DNA from: Octopus bimaculoides
Taxonomy: Eukaryota
DNA length: 52,710 nt
Direction: 5' to 3'
Assembly: GCF_001194135.2 (NCBI RefSeq)
Contig: NC_068982.1
Span: 110,863,305-110,916,014 of the forward strand
Shown one piece after another: positions 12,950 to 23,945 of the stretch (the stretch's first letter is position 1; each line of letters begins with the position of its first letter). The notes beneath the pieces were generated by a model. The model saw only the letters and a list, made by a program, of their open reading frames with translations. It was not told the DNA's origin and did not search any database. The translations under genes and the position numbers were made by a program.

Positions 12950-13560
12950 AATAGGTTTTGAATAGCATTTCTGACGTATAACCATTATTGCTTTTGGTAC
13001 TGTCTTATCTTTATGTATGAAGTCAAGTAAAGTTTGAAAAACAAATTCTGATAGAAATCTAAGAAAAGAGACTAAAAATCCATCGAAGTCGAAAAGTTTT
13101 ATAGTAATACACGGAGAACGAAGACAGAGAATAATGAATCCAAACTGTAAAAGGACATTAGAGCAAGAAATCAATGAATATGGGGCAAAGCAAATAGCAA
13201 AAATACCAAAAAGATTCTATCGAGATATTGGTAAATGTGAAGTACAAACCAAGAAACTAGTAATAAAAATGAGACGATAAATCTGGAGGGGTGGAGGAAA
13301 GAGTGTGGACAGAGACACAGAAAGTCAAAAGAAGAAATGACTGGAAAATTTGAGCAATCATAGGAAAGTAAGCGACGAGGCTACTCAAGCGTTAATCTAG
13401 TTAATAGCTGGAGAGAACACCAATTGAACAACAAAAACACATATTAAAGTCCCAACGAGGGAGCCTGTATTATATGGCTGACAGGACCGGCTGGAAATAG
13501 TTGTCAAATTTCCCTCAAACTGTATCCTACCTTTGGAAAAAGGACGATATAGTAAGCAAT
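12950..13560 (+). mobile_element. Possible heavily decayed R4-like LINE fragment
   Basis: A-rich. Translated pieces KIPKRFYRDIGK, *IW and CILPLEKG weakly echo the QRRFYNQI, FWxxIW and ILPxEQKG motifs of R4-type ORFs. Confidence 0.3.
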
Positions 13561-15049
13561 GCATTATATTTGAACATCCTTCGAAGAAAGAAAAGAAAGA
13601 AAAGAAAGATGAAATTGTCATAGTTAGAATGCTTCTGATCGCAGGGTTCAACAACAGCAGCAGCAACAACAGCATCTACACCAACAACATCAATGCTTTC
13701 TAAAGTCACATGGAAAGCTACAACAGAACTGCTGGAAAAATATCACCTGGCTGTTTGTATGAGAAAAGAAACCCATTTCTATTTAATTACGTATGGGCCC
13801 ATTTAAGAGTATTGTCTTTGTTGTTTAATCAACGAATCAACTCTGTCTTAGCAGAGATATTCAAGCCATAACCATTTTGTATTTTCTTTTTGAAAGCACA
13901 GTATGACTTAATCTATACTCTCTCTAATGCCCTTCCTTTTCCATTTTTAAAAACAGTTGGTTGAATGAAATGAGTGAGTTTTGACTGCCGTTTCTTTCAG
14001 GTAAAGCGACAATGTTCTTTTTCTTGGCCAATGTAGATCTGGGGTACCTGAGGTTCTGTTATCAAAATTATGTTGAAAGAAATACAAACAAAATATTGAT
14101 CTCATTCATTAGTACAATGAAACAGGAGTCAGGTACAGTCGAATGTATCGTTTTTATTGACGTTTTAATTGGAGGATGAATGACGATGGGCATATTAGCA
14201 CACAACAGTTCTATAGTTACACTGCTACATTGCTTGGTTGATACATTAAATATATTCGTTCCCAATTTATTATGTTTTCCAAGTAGAAAGCATCTCCAGG
14301 TAATTTCGTCCACTTGTTCTTTAAGTTGTTACGTCTATCAAAGTTCATTCCTCAAAATGTTCACATCACTCATTCATCTAGGATTAGGCTGATATTGGTA
14401 AAATTCTTCTTCGCTGACTTGGTCTAATCAGGCACACGGTTCCACGATTGGAATTCACAGATGTTGCCCCTGCTTTTCAAGCCCATATATAATCTTATTT
14501 AATCTAAAATAAAAATGCTCAACTCATTACATTGAATACTTCAGCGCTCTGTTGACTGTATCTCTTAGGCCATCTACGAAATATAGTCGGGTATAATTTA
14601 TCAATGTAAGTTGTAATTGTGCTGTAAAAGTATACAATGTAACCTGAGTTCGGATCCTCCAAAAATGAAAAGTTAGTTTTCATAGACAAAAATTTTGTAC
14701 AAGAGAGATCTGTATCTCAACAACACAAACCCATAGAAATCCGGAAATGAGACCAGGATAGGTAACATTTTTTTCATTTACTTTCAAACTTTGTATAATT
14801 GTTCAAAAAGATTGCTTGAAACTTTTATTAAAATATGTATTTCTATTTGGCATAAATAGGAGAAACAAGCACACACACATATTCACCAGAGTACACGTCA
14901 CTCTGATTGTCATTTCAGCTGGAGGAATTCCTTTCCTCCTCTACTTAGCATCAGCTGCTTGGCACTGTCAGTTGCCTTGCACGCCACCCTAGGCGCGTGA
15001 ATTAGTGTGAGTGCTTTTTAGACACTAAACGGAATTAGAGCTCAGGACA

Positions 15050-15160
15050 CAAAGAAAGGCAAAGTTGAATGCGGTAGGATCTCAACTCAGTGTGCAGACA
15101 GCCCGAATTAATTCTGATAACGTATTGAGCCAGGCGTTTTAACGATTCTGCCAATTTGCC
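15050..15160 (-). mobile_element. SINE family B, 5' part
   Basis: ggcaaattggcagaatcgttaaaacgcc...tcaactttgcctttc on the minus strand. Confidence 0.75.
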
Positions 15161-15455
15161 TTAGATGCCAAGAACCTTCCTAAGTATCCTAGCTGTCCCT
15201 AATAACACTGTTTTCTGCAGCTGTACTAAGATGGGTTTTATGCCTATTTAATGCCTATCCATCTGTTCAGATCTTTAGGGATAGTTCTCAATGCACCTAT
15301 AAATACTGGGGATACATTTTACCCGGACTTTCCATAGTCTCTGTAATTCAATAGCTAGGTCCTGGAACTTTGCTATTTTTCTATTCTTCTCATATTAATC
15401 TTTTCATCATTTGGGATTGTAGAGTCAATTATCTGGCACTTTCTATTCTCTTTAT

Positions 15456-15458
<3 letters not shown>
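15161..15458 (-). mobile_element. R4/Dong-type LINE family 1: REL endonuclease C-terminus
   Basis: VVVDKENRKCQIIDSTIPNDEKINMRRIEK / KFQDLAIELQRLWKVRV / VFIGALRT / LQKTVLLGTARILRKVLGI* with frameshifts; stop at 15163-15161. Confidence 0.9.

Positions 15459-15548
<90 letters not shown>
15456..15548. repeat. Compound (CTA)n-(CTG)n microsatellite
   Basis: (CTA)n 15456-15530 and (CTG)n 15531-15548. Confidence 0.95.
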
Positions 15549-16212
15549 TTTTCTTTAACCATACTACATCTCCATTATGATTGACTGGCTTATACCAAAT
15601 ATAACTCCAGAACTTTCCAACTTCTTCTGCATTAGGTTTCTCATCTTCAGTACTTCGTTCTCCACTATTTATTTGGTTATAGAATCTCCTCTGGTCTGCT
15701 TCAAATAATATATTCTGTTGATACTGATCTATTCTTTTCTGATATCTGAATAGCTTCCCTGCTACTGCTATGATATGCTGTTTCAACTCTTCTATTACTA
15801 TCCCAAATCCTTTCTCTTTGACTAAATATCTTGTGTTTCCTAACTTGTTCAGTTTCCAGGTTTCTATTCTACTCAGATCTTATCTTAAAGTCTTCACTAT
15901 ATTTTGTAGTCTCCTTTTCCATATTTTTTTAATTTTTATTTTTCCATGTGAGATATCTAATCTAGTGACTACTACCCCTCCTACATAGATCAGTAAGTTA
16001 GTGTCTCCTATATTTTTAGTATTTATCCTCCTGATAAGAGAATTTACTTTCCTAGTCACTTCTAGCAGCTTCCTTTTATTGGTGCCTTTTAATGCTGGCA
16101 ATCTTTTTCATACTTCTTTACTCATTACTTCCTGCAACTCATCTAAAATCTTCTGATCTTCCTCACTTAAATCACTTAAGTCGTTGGTGCCAGTTGTTCC
16201 TTCCTTATTGGT
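15549..16212 (-). mobile_element. R4/Dong-type LINE family 1: pre-RT region of the ORF
   Basis: LPALKGTNKRKLLEVTRKVN...IWKRRLQ...EELKQHIIAVAGKLFRYQKRIDQYQQNILFEADQRRFYNQI...FWSYIWYKPVNHN, with a few in-frame stops. Confidence 0.88.
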
Positions 16213-16506
16213 AGTCTATTATTATTATTATTATTATTGTTCAGTAGTTTTATTTTTATAACGTGCTTTCACTTCACTACCGAGCGTAGCTCTGTGCGCC
16301 TTGGGTATGTGCTGTGGATTGCTGTGGTCCTCTTATGTTTACTGTATTGAAAGTGTTTTGCGTAGAATGCGTGCAGTACCCAGTAGTGCAATTTTCTGTA
16401 TGTTATATATATTTGTAAGTCCTGGTGTTTTTGTTATGTATTTGTCTGAATATTTTTTTTATTATACCTAAGACACCTACTATGATAGGAATTGTTTCTG
16501 TTTTAT
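16213..16506 (-). mobile_element. R4/Dong-type LINE family 2: 5'-truncated 3' end (copy 1)
   Basis: KTETIPIIVGVLGIIKK/YSDKYITKTPGLTNIYNIQKIALLGTARILRKTLSIQ*, then a 3' UTR and (AAT)n tail. Confidence 0.88.
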
Positions 16507-16598
16507 NNNNNNNNNNNNNNNNNNNNNNNNNNNNNNNNNNNNNNNNNNNNNNNNNNNNNNNNNNNNNNNNNNNNNNNNNNNNNNNNNNNNNNNNNNNN

Positions 16599-16892
16599 AG
16601 TCTATTATTATTATTATTATTATTGTTCAGTAGTTTTATTTTTATAACGTGCTTTCACTTCACTACCGAGCGTAGCTCTGTGCGCCTTGGGTATGTGCTG
16701 TGGATTGCTGTGGTCCTCTTATGTTTACTGTATTGAAAGTGTTTTGCGTAGAATGCGTGCAGTACCCAGTAGTGCAATTTTCTGTATGTTATATATATTT
16801 GTAAGTCCTGGTGTTTTTGTTATGTATTTGTCTGAATATTTTTTTTATTATACCTAAGACACCTACTATGATAGGAATTGTTTCTGTTTTAT
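16599..16892 (-). mobile_element. R4/Dong-type LINE family 2: 3' end (copy 2, identical to copy 1)
   Basis: Reads identically to 16213-16506 at offset 386 across a 92-N gap; the two are probably a single real copy. Confidence 0.85.
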
Positions 16893-17418
16893 TATTATTA
16901 TTATTATCATCATTATTTTCTTTAGGTTTTTCTTTGGTTTGAGATGTATATCTTATGTTGTTGTTTGTCTTTCCCACTGCCTGGTCTTTCTTTTCCAGTT
17001 CTCTTGTGATCTTTTCTACCTCCAATTCTGTCATCCACTTTCTTCTAATAGCATTACCTTGATCAACTAATCCCTGCTCAGTCACTTTAAACATACCCTT
17101 CTCTACTCAAAGTGTTAACATCCGTTTTCTATAGCCCCTTTTAGATTCACTTTCTAAGTAGCACTGTATCACTATCCTGTTTTCTTCGCTGGTCCACTCC
17201 CTCCTCCTTGTTCTATTATCTGCTGATGCTGTATTAGGATGACAGCTGTGGTCAGTCTGCATCTTTACTGATCCACTGTCTCGAGAGAGGCCTTCCCTTA
17301 AAGATTCAGCTACTTTTTCGCTGTTACAACCAGAGTTTTTTGGAAACTCCTGTCTCTCATAAACTGAGGTAAGGTAACGTTCGTCACCATCATCATCACC
17401 ATTATTATTTCTCAACAT
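16893..17418 (-). mobile_element. R4/Dong-type LINE family 1: ORF N-terminal region
   Basis: RRREWTSEENRIVIQCYLESESKRGYRKRMLTL*VERRVFKVTEQGLVDQGNAIRRKWMTELE is the typical R4-clade N-terminal motif. Confidence 0.88.
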
Positions 17419-17804
17419 CTGAAAGTTTCAAGCAACTTTCTTTTGCGTCATTTGTTGCACCTTTATGCTGGTGGGGGTGGTGTGTGCTGCATTTAGTTTG
17501 GTGCAGGAGTGGATATTGTATTGTATTAGTACGTTTTGTTATGGGTTTTTGTTTGAGTCTTCAGTTGTATTAGTTTTTATCTTGTGTTTTATTTGTGTAG
17601 CGCAGGTTGTGTTCCTCCGTCGAGTAGCGACCTTCTATGGCACATGTAGGTCTTGTTCATTTTCTTGGGTATTTACAGTATGAGTTTATTCTTGTACGAT
17701 TTTGGAGTGGTGTTGCATAGTAGTGTGTGTGTGTAATTCCTAAATCAACTATTTTATAGTATTTATGATTACCCGTCCGCCGTTCTTTTGCTTGGGTTCC
17801 ATTA

Positions 17805-17873
<69 letters not shown>
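17805..17873. repeat. (ATT)n microsatellite
   Basis: Direct reading. Confidence 0.95.
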
Positions 17874-18019
17874 TTCTGTATGTTATATATATTTGTAAGT
17901 CCTGGTGTTTTTGTTATGTATTTGTCTGAATATTTTTTTATTATACCTAAGGCACCTACTATGATAGGAATTGTTTCTGATTTTAGATTCCACATTCGAG
18001 TTATCTCTATTTCCAGGTC

Positions 18020-18022
<3 letters not shown>
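17872..18022 (-). mobile_element. R4/Dong-type LINE family 2 fragment, truncated at both ends
   Basis: DLEIEITRMWNLKSETIPIIVGALGIIKKYSDKYITKTPGLTNIYNIQK; nearly identical to part of 16599-16892 and bounded by (ATT)n on both sides. Confidence 0.88.
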
Positions 18023-18064
<42 letters not shown>

Positions 18065-18087
18065 GAGTTATCTCTATTTCCAGGTCT

Positions 18088-18148
<61 letters not shown>

Positions 18149-18263
18149 CCTGTGTGAGTGTTGAGTGTGTGTTTATGCGTGTGCATTACATACCTACATG
18201 CGTACCTACCTACATACATAAATACATACATGCATGCATACATACACACGCACACACACACAT

Positions 18264-18294
<31 letters not shown>

Positions 18295-18394
18295 CACACA
18301 TATGTATGTGTCTTTACCTATCTTGTGCTTGTGTCTTTACCTATCTTAATACTATTACAGTATTTCTCAGACCCGTCTATCTTGTTCTAATACT

Positions 18395-18615
18395 CATAAA
18401 AGTGGCGATGGAGATAAAAGTGCCGGAAATCGTTAAATTTGTTGGAGTAAACTGCTTGTTGAATTTTGTCACAGCTCTTTATTCTCTGATTTCAAAAACC
18501 ACCAAGGTCATTCGATTTAATTATTGGTAAAATACTATACCAGTCAAATATTGATTTATTCAATCGATTATACCTTCCTCAAATATTTGTGCCCTCGTGC
18601 TAATATTAGAAATCA
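18395..18615 (+). mobile_element. Old SINE family B copy
   Basis: tggcgatggagataaaagtgccggaaatcgtta...caaggtc...taccagtcaaatattg...caatcgattata...aaatatttgtgccctcgtgc. Confidence 0.5.
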
Positions 18616-21419
18616 ATATTCATAACATTTCTTGAATATTTTAAGCAATAATTAGAATATATATATATATGTAGTAGACAATTAGACATAATTATTCCCG
18701 ACTATAAAAATATATAGAAATATAAAAAAAATTCTGCAGAAATGAAACCGAGTGTTAGATGTTCAGATTTAACGTAGCGGAGAAAAAATTGGGATTAACG
18801 GCAACGTATGCATTTCAGATTCTGAGTTGACTTGTTTGATTGAAATGTTTGACGTTAGAATAATGATTAACGGGGACGATTGAGTAATTTAGTTTAATAA
18901 TCTATTACTGAAGAATAATTTCTATTTGGTTTTCAAGTAAAAATATTTTGTAAGCTTCGTTGCAAGACTTCAAATCCTTTATTCTAAGTTTGTTGAATTT
19001 TTCCCTTGCGGTGTGTAGCAAAATCCCATTAGCAAATTAGGCGCGCAAATTCAACACAGTTCAACACTTAGGCACATAAAACAACCAATGGACAAAATTA
19101 AATCGATATCCACTCCACCTAGTTATGCTCAAATAGAAAAACCACCACATATCAAACGCACGAATCCAAATATCTATGTAAACACACTTCATCATGCGCC
19201 AACCAAACAATTTCATTCACTAAGAATCACGTGCTCGTTATTTTAGATTAAAAAATGATCTCATATTGATCGAAATGTTTCACTAAGCGAACAAAGCAAT
19301 GATTCAGCCATTCTGCCATTGCTAACGAAACTTTTCTCATAGGTATCAGAGACGTGTATAAATATCTTATAATGCATTCTCCTCTTTATGTTTTATTTTA
19401 TAAAACAATATTAGAATAATTAAATAAATTAATGAATTAATCAAATAATAGATATTTAAAATTTCATGTCTTTATATAAGTATAAAGTCTTAAATGGATT
19501 TTCTATCATAAAATTATAAAAATATAAAAATACTTGAAAACGATGTCAAAGAAATTAAAATTTCTATATTCCAGGGTTTAAAGTAGAAGCTATTTTTCTT
19601 ACAATTAACTTTCATAAGTTTTTCAATGCATTTATTTATATTTCATTGATTATATTGAATTCACTAATTTGAAACAATTATGCTATATCGTTATTTAATA
19701 AACTCAGTACAAAATGAATAGTAAATTTAATTGTTGACATTTTATAGTCAAGTCTTACTAATGAAGCGATATAAAATTGGATCTAACCATTTCGCAATAT
19801 AAAATTCTAAGATTCTGTATGACGGATTATATGCTAAATAAATTATATGCACTTCACATTACTCAATACACGTGGAATCAATTTAAATGTAATTTATTTG
19901 GACTAAAAATGAGAAGTCCGATTTGCGATTTATATTCTATCCATACATCATAAAATTATTCATTTTCCTTTATATTATTTGCAAACATTCCGACTAATCC
20001 TACACACACATACACACGTAGACGCACACACACACACACTTATACATTCGTATGTAAGTGTATGCAAACATATATGCATACATACGTACGTACGTACGTA
20101 CTTATGCAAACACACACATATATATTATTTTCAAAAGCTTAAAAGAAAATAGAAAAAAACAAGTTGTCCATCTCACTGAAACCGTATGTAAATATGTTCA
20201 TTGTGACTCAACTATTTTTTTCAGCTCCATCAACTACTCAGCTCACACGGCTAAGTGCATTTTAATGATGTCAGAGATGAATATCATGATACCCCCATTT
20301 TGCAATCCTAGAATAGAAGCAAGAGGAGGCTTTAAAAAATATGAAACAATAATGCGAAAAAACAAGATATGCATATCGCTAGGTTTCTCCAACAAATACC
20401 TTCTGCTAATGATAGTAGCCATGAAATCCTTCGAGAACATAGTATGATTCAGTGGAACATACCATAACTGGTGCATCTGATAGATCATCTTTTTATGAGA
20501 TTTCCACAGTGTCAATAAATATAAGATTTAGTCACTTCAACGTTATTCTTTACTTTATGAAAAATATAAAATAAAAATAATAACAATAAAAACTTTTGAA
20601 AGAATGTGGTAAAGTTTATTTTTTATTATTTATATTTTTACGCCTTTGTTCTAGTTTTGCTTTTTCGCCATTTAAAAGTTTGTGAAATGTAATATTTAAG
20701 ATATTTGTAAGAAATTGGTGACATTTTTATATTTTAAAAAGCAACCTAAAAAAAACAACCCAAAACTTAAGCAAAGAACCAAGTGATTTATTGACTCAGT
20801 ATTTCTATTTGGTTTCTGATAAATCTATTTATGTTTTTTTTACAGATAAAACAAACGATTCAATCAGTTCGGTTCGAAGGTGCTCATAGTTTTAACAAGA
20901 GATTCACTTTGGTTAGCAAGAATCAAATACTGGTCAACAAAGAGATTAACAATAGTAACCGTTAGCATTGACGCTATTTACAACAATAAATAAGGAGATA
21001 AATAAATAAATAAATGTGCTTATGTTTATGTAACGGTTGAGAAAATCTGTCGTAATTGTTGAAGTAGTAGTCGTAGCAGCGGTTGCGGTTATGACTGTAT
21101 GATGGAGGACAGTCTAGTGGTGGAAGTTATGCTGATGTAACCGCGGTTATAGTCTAGCCCAGAAAACGAAAATCTGACGAGCGCGTACTACGTAGCTGTA
21201 CTCTAGGCGTAACAGCCGGAAACTGACGCAGCCCACCACCGCGAAAATTTTCGCACATTCTCAGGAAGAGTGGTATCACCTCATACACAAAGGATTTTGC
21301 CGACGCGGTATTAGTTTCGGCGGTAAAAAAATGAAGTGGGATACTTGAACGTAGTTGTATATCTATATATATGCATATATGTGTGATTGTATGTATAAAT
21401 TTATGTATTNNNNNNNNNN

Positions 21420-21456
<37 letters not shown>

Positions 21457-21461
21457 TTATA

Positions 21462-21640
21462 AATTTTCGTGGCCTTGTGGATATAGTGTTGCGCTCACAA
21501 TCGTAATATCGGGTTTTCAAAACCCGGACTGGTGGTGCGTTGTCTTCTTGAGCAAAACACTTCATTTTATGTTGCTGCGGTTCACTCAGCTGTTAATGCG
21601 TAATTCCGCGATGAACTGGCGTTCTGTTGAGAGGAGAATG
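21462..21640 (+). mobile_element. tRNA-derived CORE-like SINE, family E
   Basis: gtggccttgtgg A-box-like head, gggttttcaaaaccc B-box-like, then gcgttgtcttcttgagcaaaacactt (CORE-like). Confidence 0.7.
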
Positions 21641-22543
21641 TTGGTCTACCCGCCAAACCAGTTGTGTGATATTGTGAATAACGGTGAGTCAACAAGAAGT
21701 ATGGCTGGACATTTATTTTCTATCACCACAATTGTTTCTACGCAACGTAGTTCTTCAGGCGCGTAGATGTTTGATTATGCAATCGTTTCCCTGCATTATG
21801 AGATCTAGTTGTGTTTTCTCCGGAGATATGTAAATACTATCTCCGTAAGTTCAAATTCTCGGCTTCTTGAACATCCTCTCTGTCTGTCGGGGCCTGAATT
21901 TTGTCGTAGTCACTAAGTTTATTAAGGTGGGTTGTTGCGGAAGGACCGTTGGCAAACTGCTTTGAATATGTAGATGAGTGGGACAGTGATTCTGCTATGT
22001 TAAAGTGGTTGCCGTTTTAAAGGGATTGGCATTTGATTTCTTTGAACTGTCGATATGTTCTTCGTGGCTGATTACACATGCGATTGTCCTTAGCTGACCT
22101 TTATGAATCGGCCTTTTACATCCATACACGTATTAACGCTCGGATACACACACGTACAAACGCACACCGCCACTCCCACATACATACATACATACATACA
22201 TTCATACACCCATACATACATATATACATACATTTTCTAAGCGTTACCCACTATTCTCATCTTCTTGGCCCCAAGGCCGTATCATGTTCAACTGTTTATC
22301 CTCCTTCACCGTCCTAAAACGCTCTGTCGTTTTGCTTGTTTAGTTTCGTTTTGTTTGCTCTTGTCTCTAATGCTACGCATGAAGACCTTTTTGTGGGCAC
22401 CGCAAACTGGGAAGCATTCAGTCTTATCGTTAAATGTGCGAAAATGAAAACTACCATTGGTCGATAACTGATGAAGAATTATGGACTTTCTGTTTGTCTC
22501 ACGTTTGTTTTTACATTCAGTATGCGTTATGCCGTTTGTTTAT

Positions 22544-22574
<31 letters not shown>

Positions 22575-22589
22575 CGCTTGACAACGATG

Positions 22590-22755
22590 TTGGTGTGTTT
22601 ATTTATGTCCCCGAAACCTACCAGTTCGGCAAAAGAGACCGATAGAATAAATACTAGACTTATAAAGAATAAGCACTAGGGTCGATTTCTTCGACTAAAG
22701 GCGGTGTTCCATCATGGTCATAGTCAAATGACCGAAACGTGTAAAAGAGTAAAAA
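22590..22755 (+). mobile_element. SINE family C, 3' part
   Basis: gaccgatagaataa...gggtcgatttcttcgactaa...gtcaaatgaccgaaacgtgtaaaagagtaaaa; related to 35462-35580 and to tail remnants at 12463-12501 and 31290-31320. Confidence 0.75.
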
Positions 22756-23559
22756 AGTAAATGAGTAAAATACACACATACACACACATATATGCGTATA
22801 TATACACATACATACAACATACATATACATACACACACGCACGCATATACATACATTGATGCACGTGCGTATATTAGCGTCCATAATAATTTTTCTATCG
22901 TCTTGGCTCAACAGTCCTCACCGTTTGTTTTTACTGTCTTGTTTACTGTCCTGTTCTTGTTAACACTTTCACCCTCCGCAAAAAATCCCAAATTTTATTT
23001 AATTTGCTTTGCGGGAAGGACTGTTTCAACGAAGTCGCGTATTGTCCTTGCCTTCGTAACGCGGAGTAGATGAAAGAGGGACAACTGAAGAAGGGGTATA
23101 TTCTTTATGTTGCACGTCTCGTTTCTCTGTTTGTTTTTTTCGTTGTTCGAGAAAAGTTCGTTTTCTATGTTTTCGTTTTTTGATCTCCTGTACCCATATA
23201 TGCATGCATGTATACATATAGATGTAGGTATNNNNNNNNNNNNNNNNNNNNNNNNNNNNNNNNNNNNNNNNNNNNNNNNNNNNNNNNNNNNNNNNNNNNN
23301 NNNNNNNNNNNNNNNNNNNNNNNNNNNNNNNNNNNNNNNNNNNNNNNNNNNNNNNNNNNNNNNNNNATATATTTACATACTCACACATAAATACATACAT
23401 ATATATGTATATGTGGATACATATATTCATGCATACTAAGCAAGCGGACAGGCACACATACCTATATATAGAAATACAACCTGACATATATATACATGAG
23501 TATGGGGGAAGAGGAGAAGGAGAGACTTCACTGAATTATTATTATTCATCGACTGTGTT

Positions 23560-23945
23560 CTATCTACAAAATGCAAATTTCGCGCGGTGGCAACATCTTG
23601 GTATTTTTTCAGCATGCTTGTTTACCAAGCTTTCTTTACTTAACAGAATGCACAAGGCTTCTTCAAGGCACAGACGCCGGATAGTACATTATATGCGTGT
23701 GCATTTTGTTTTTATTATTGACCATTCTATTTCATATTTTATTTTTCTTTCTTTTAATCTCCATACGAGGTCCGTTGGTGATGTTGCGTGTCGTCGGCTT
23801 ATCTTTCGGAATGAGGAGATATGGTTGCGATAACGGACCTTAAATTGATTTTCGGGGGCTCCTATGTATGTGTATTTATGTTGTGGTGTGGTGATTGTGC
23901 ATTTGTATATGATGTTTTTTTCCATGCATTGGTTCCTTAGTGGAC
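23560..23945 (-). mobile_element. Penelope-like element, GIY-YIG endonuclease C-terminus
   Basis: PLRNQCMEKNIIYKCTITTPQHKYTYIGAPENQFKVRYRNHISSF...VWRLKE...IEWSII...LCLEEALCIL...LVNKHAE...CCHRAKFAFCR*. It shows the IIY..YIG..F..R..NH and terminal LCLEE..NK..E..C.H motifs of PLEs. Confidence 0.88.

Noticed and set aside
13397-13531. Apparent minus-strand terminal exon (GRIQFEGN...VFSPAIN*) with a hydrophobic end
   Set aside because: No recognisable homology, and it overlaps a possible decayed + strand LINE.
14919-15006. + strand segment with AG/GT ends and two CAGCTG E-boxes
   Set aside because: Stops in all frames; the motifs are too short to be significant.
20225-20520. + strand acceptor, short or hydrophobic ORFs and downstream AATAAA (terminal exon-like)
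   Set aside because: No recognisable protein in any frame, and AATAAA is common in this AT-rich context.
21150-21226. CUGACGA...GAAAC with upstream GUC (type III hammerhead-like)
   Set aside because: Stems I and II do not pair.
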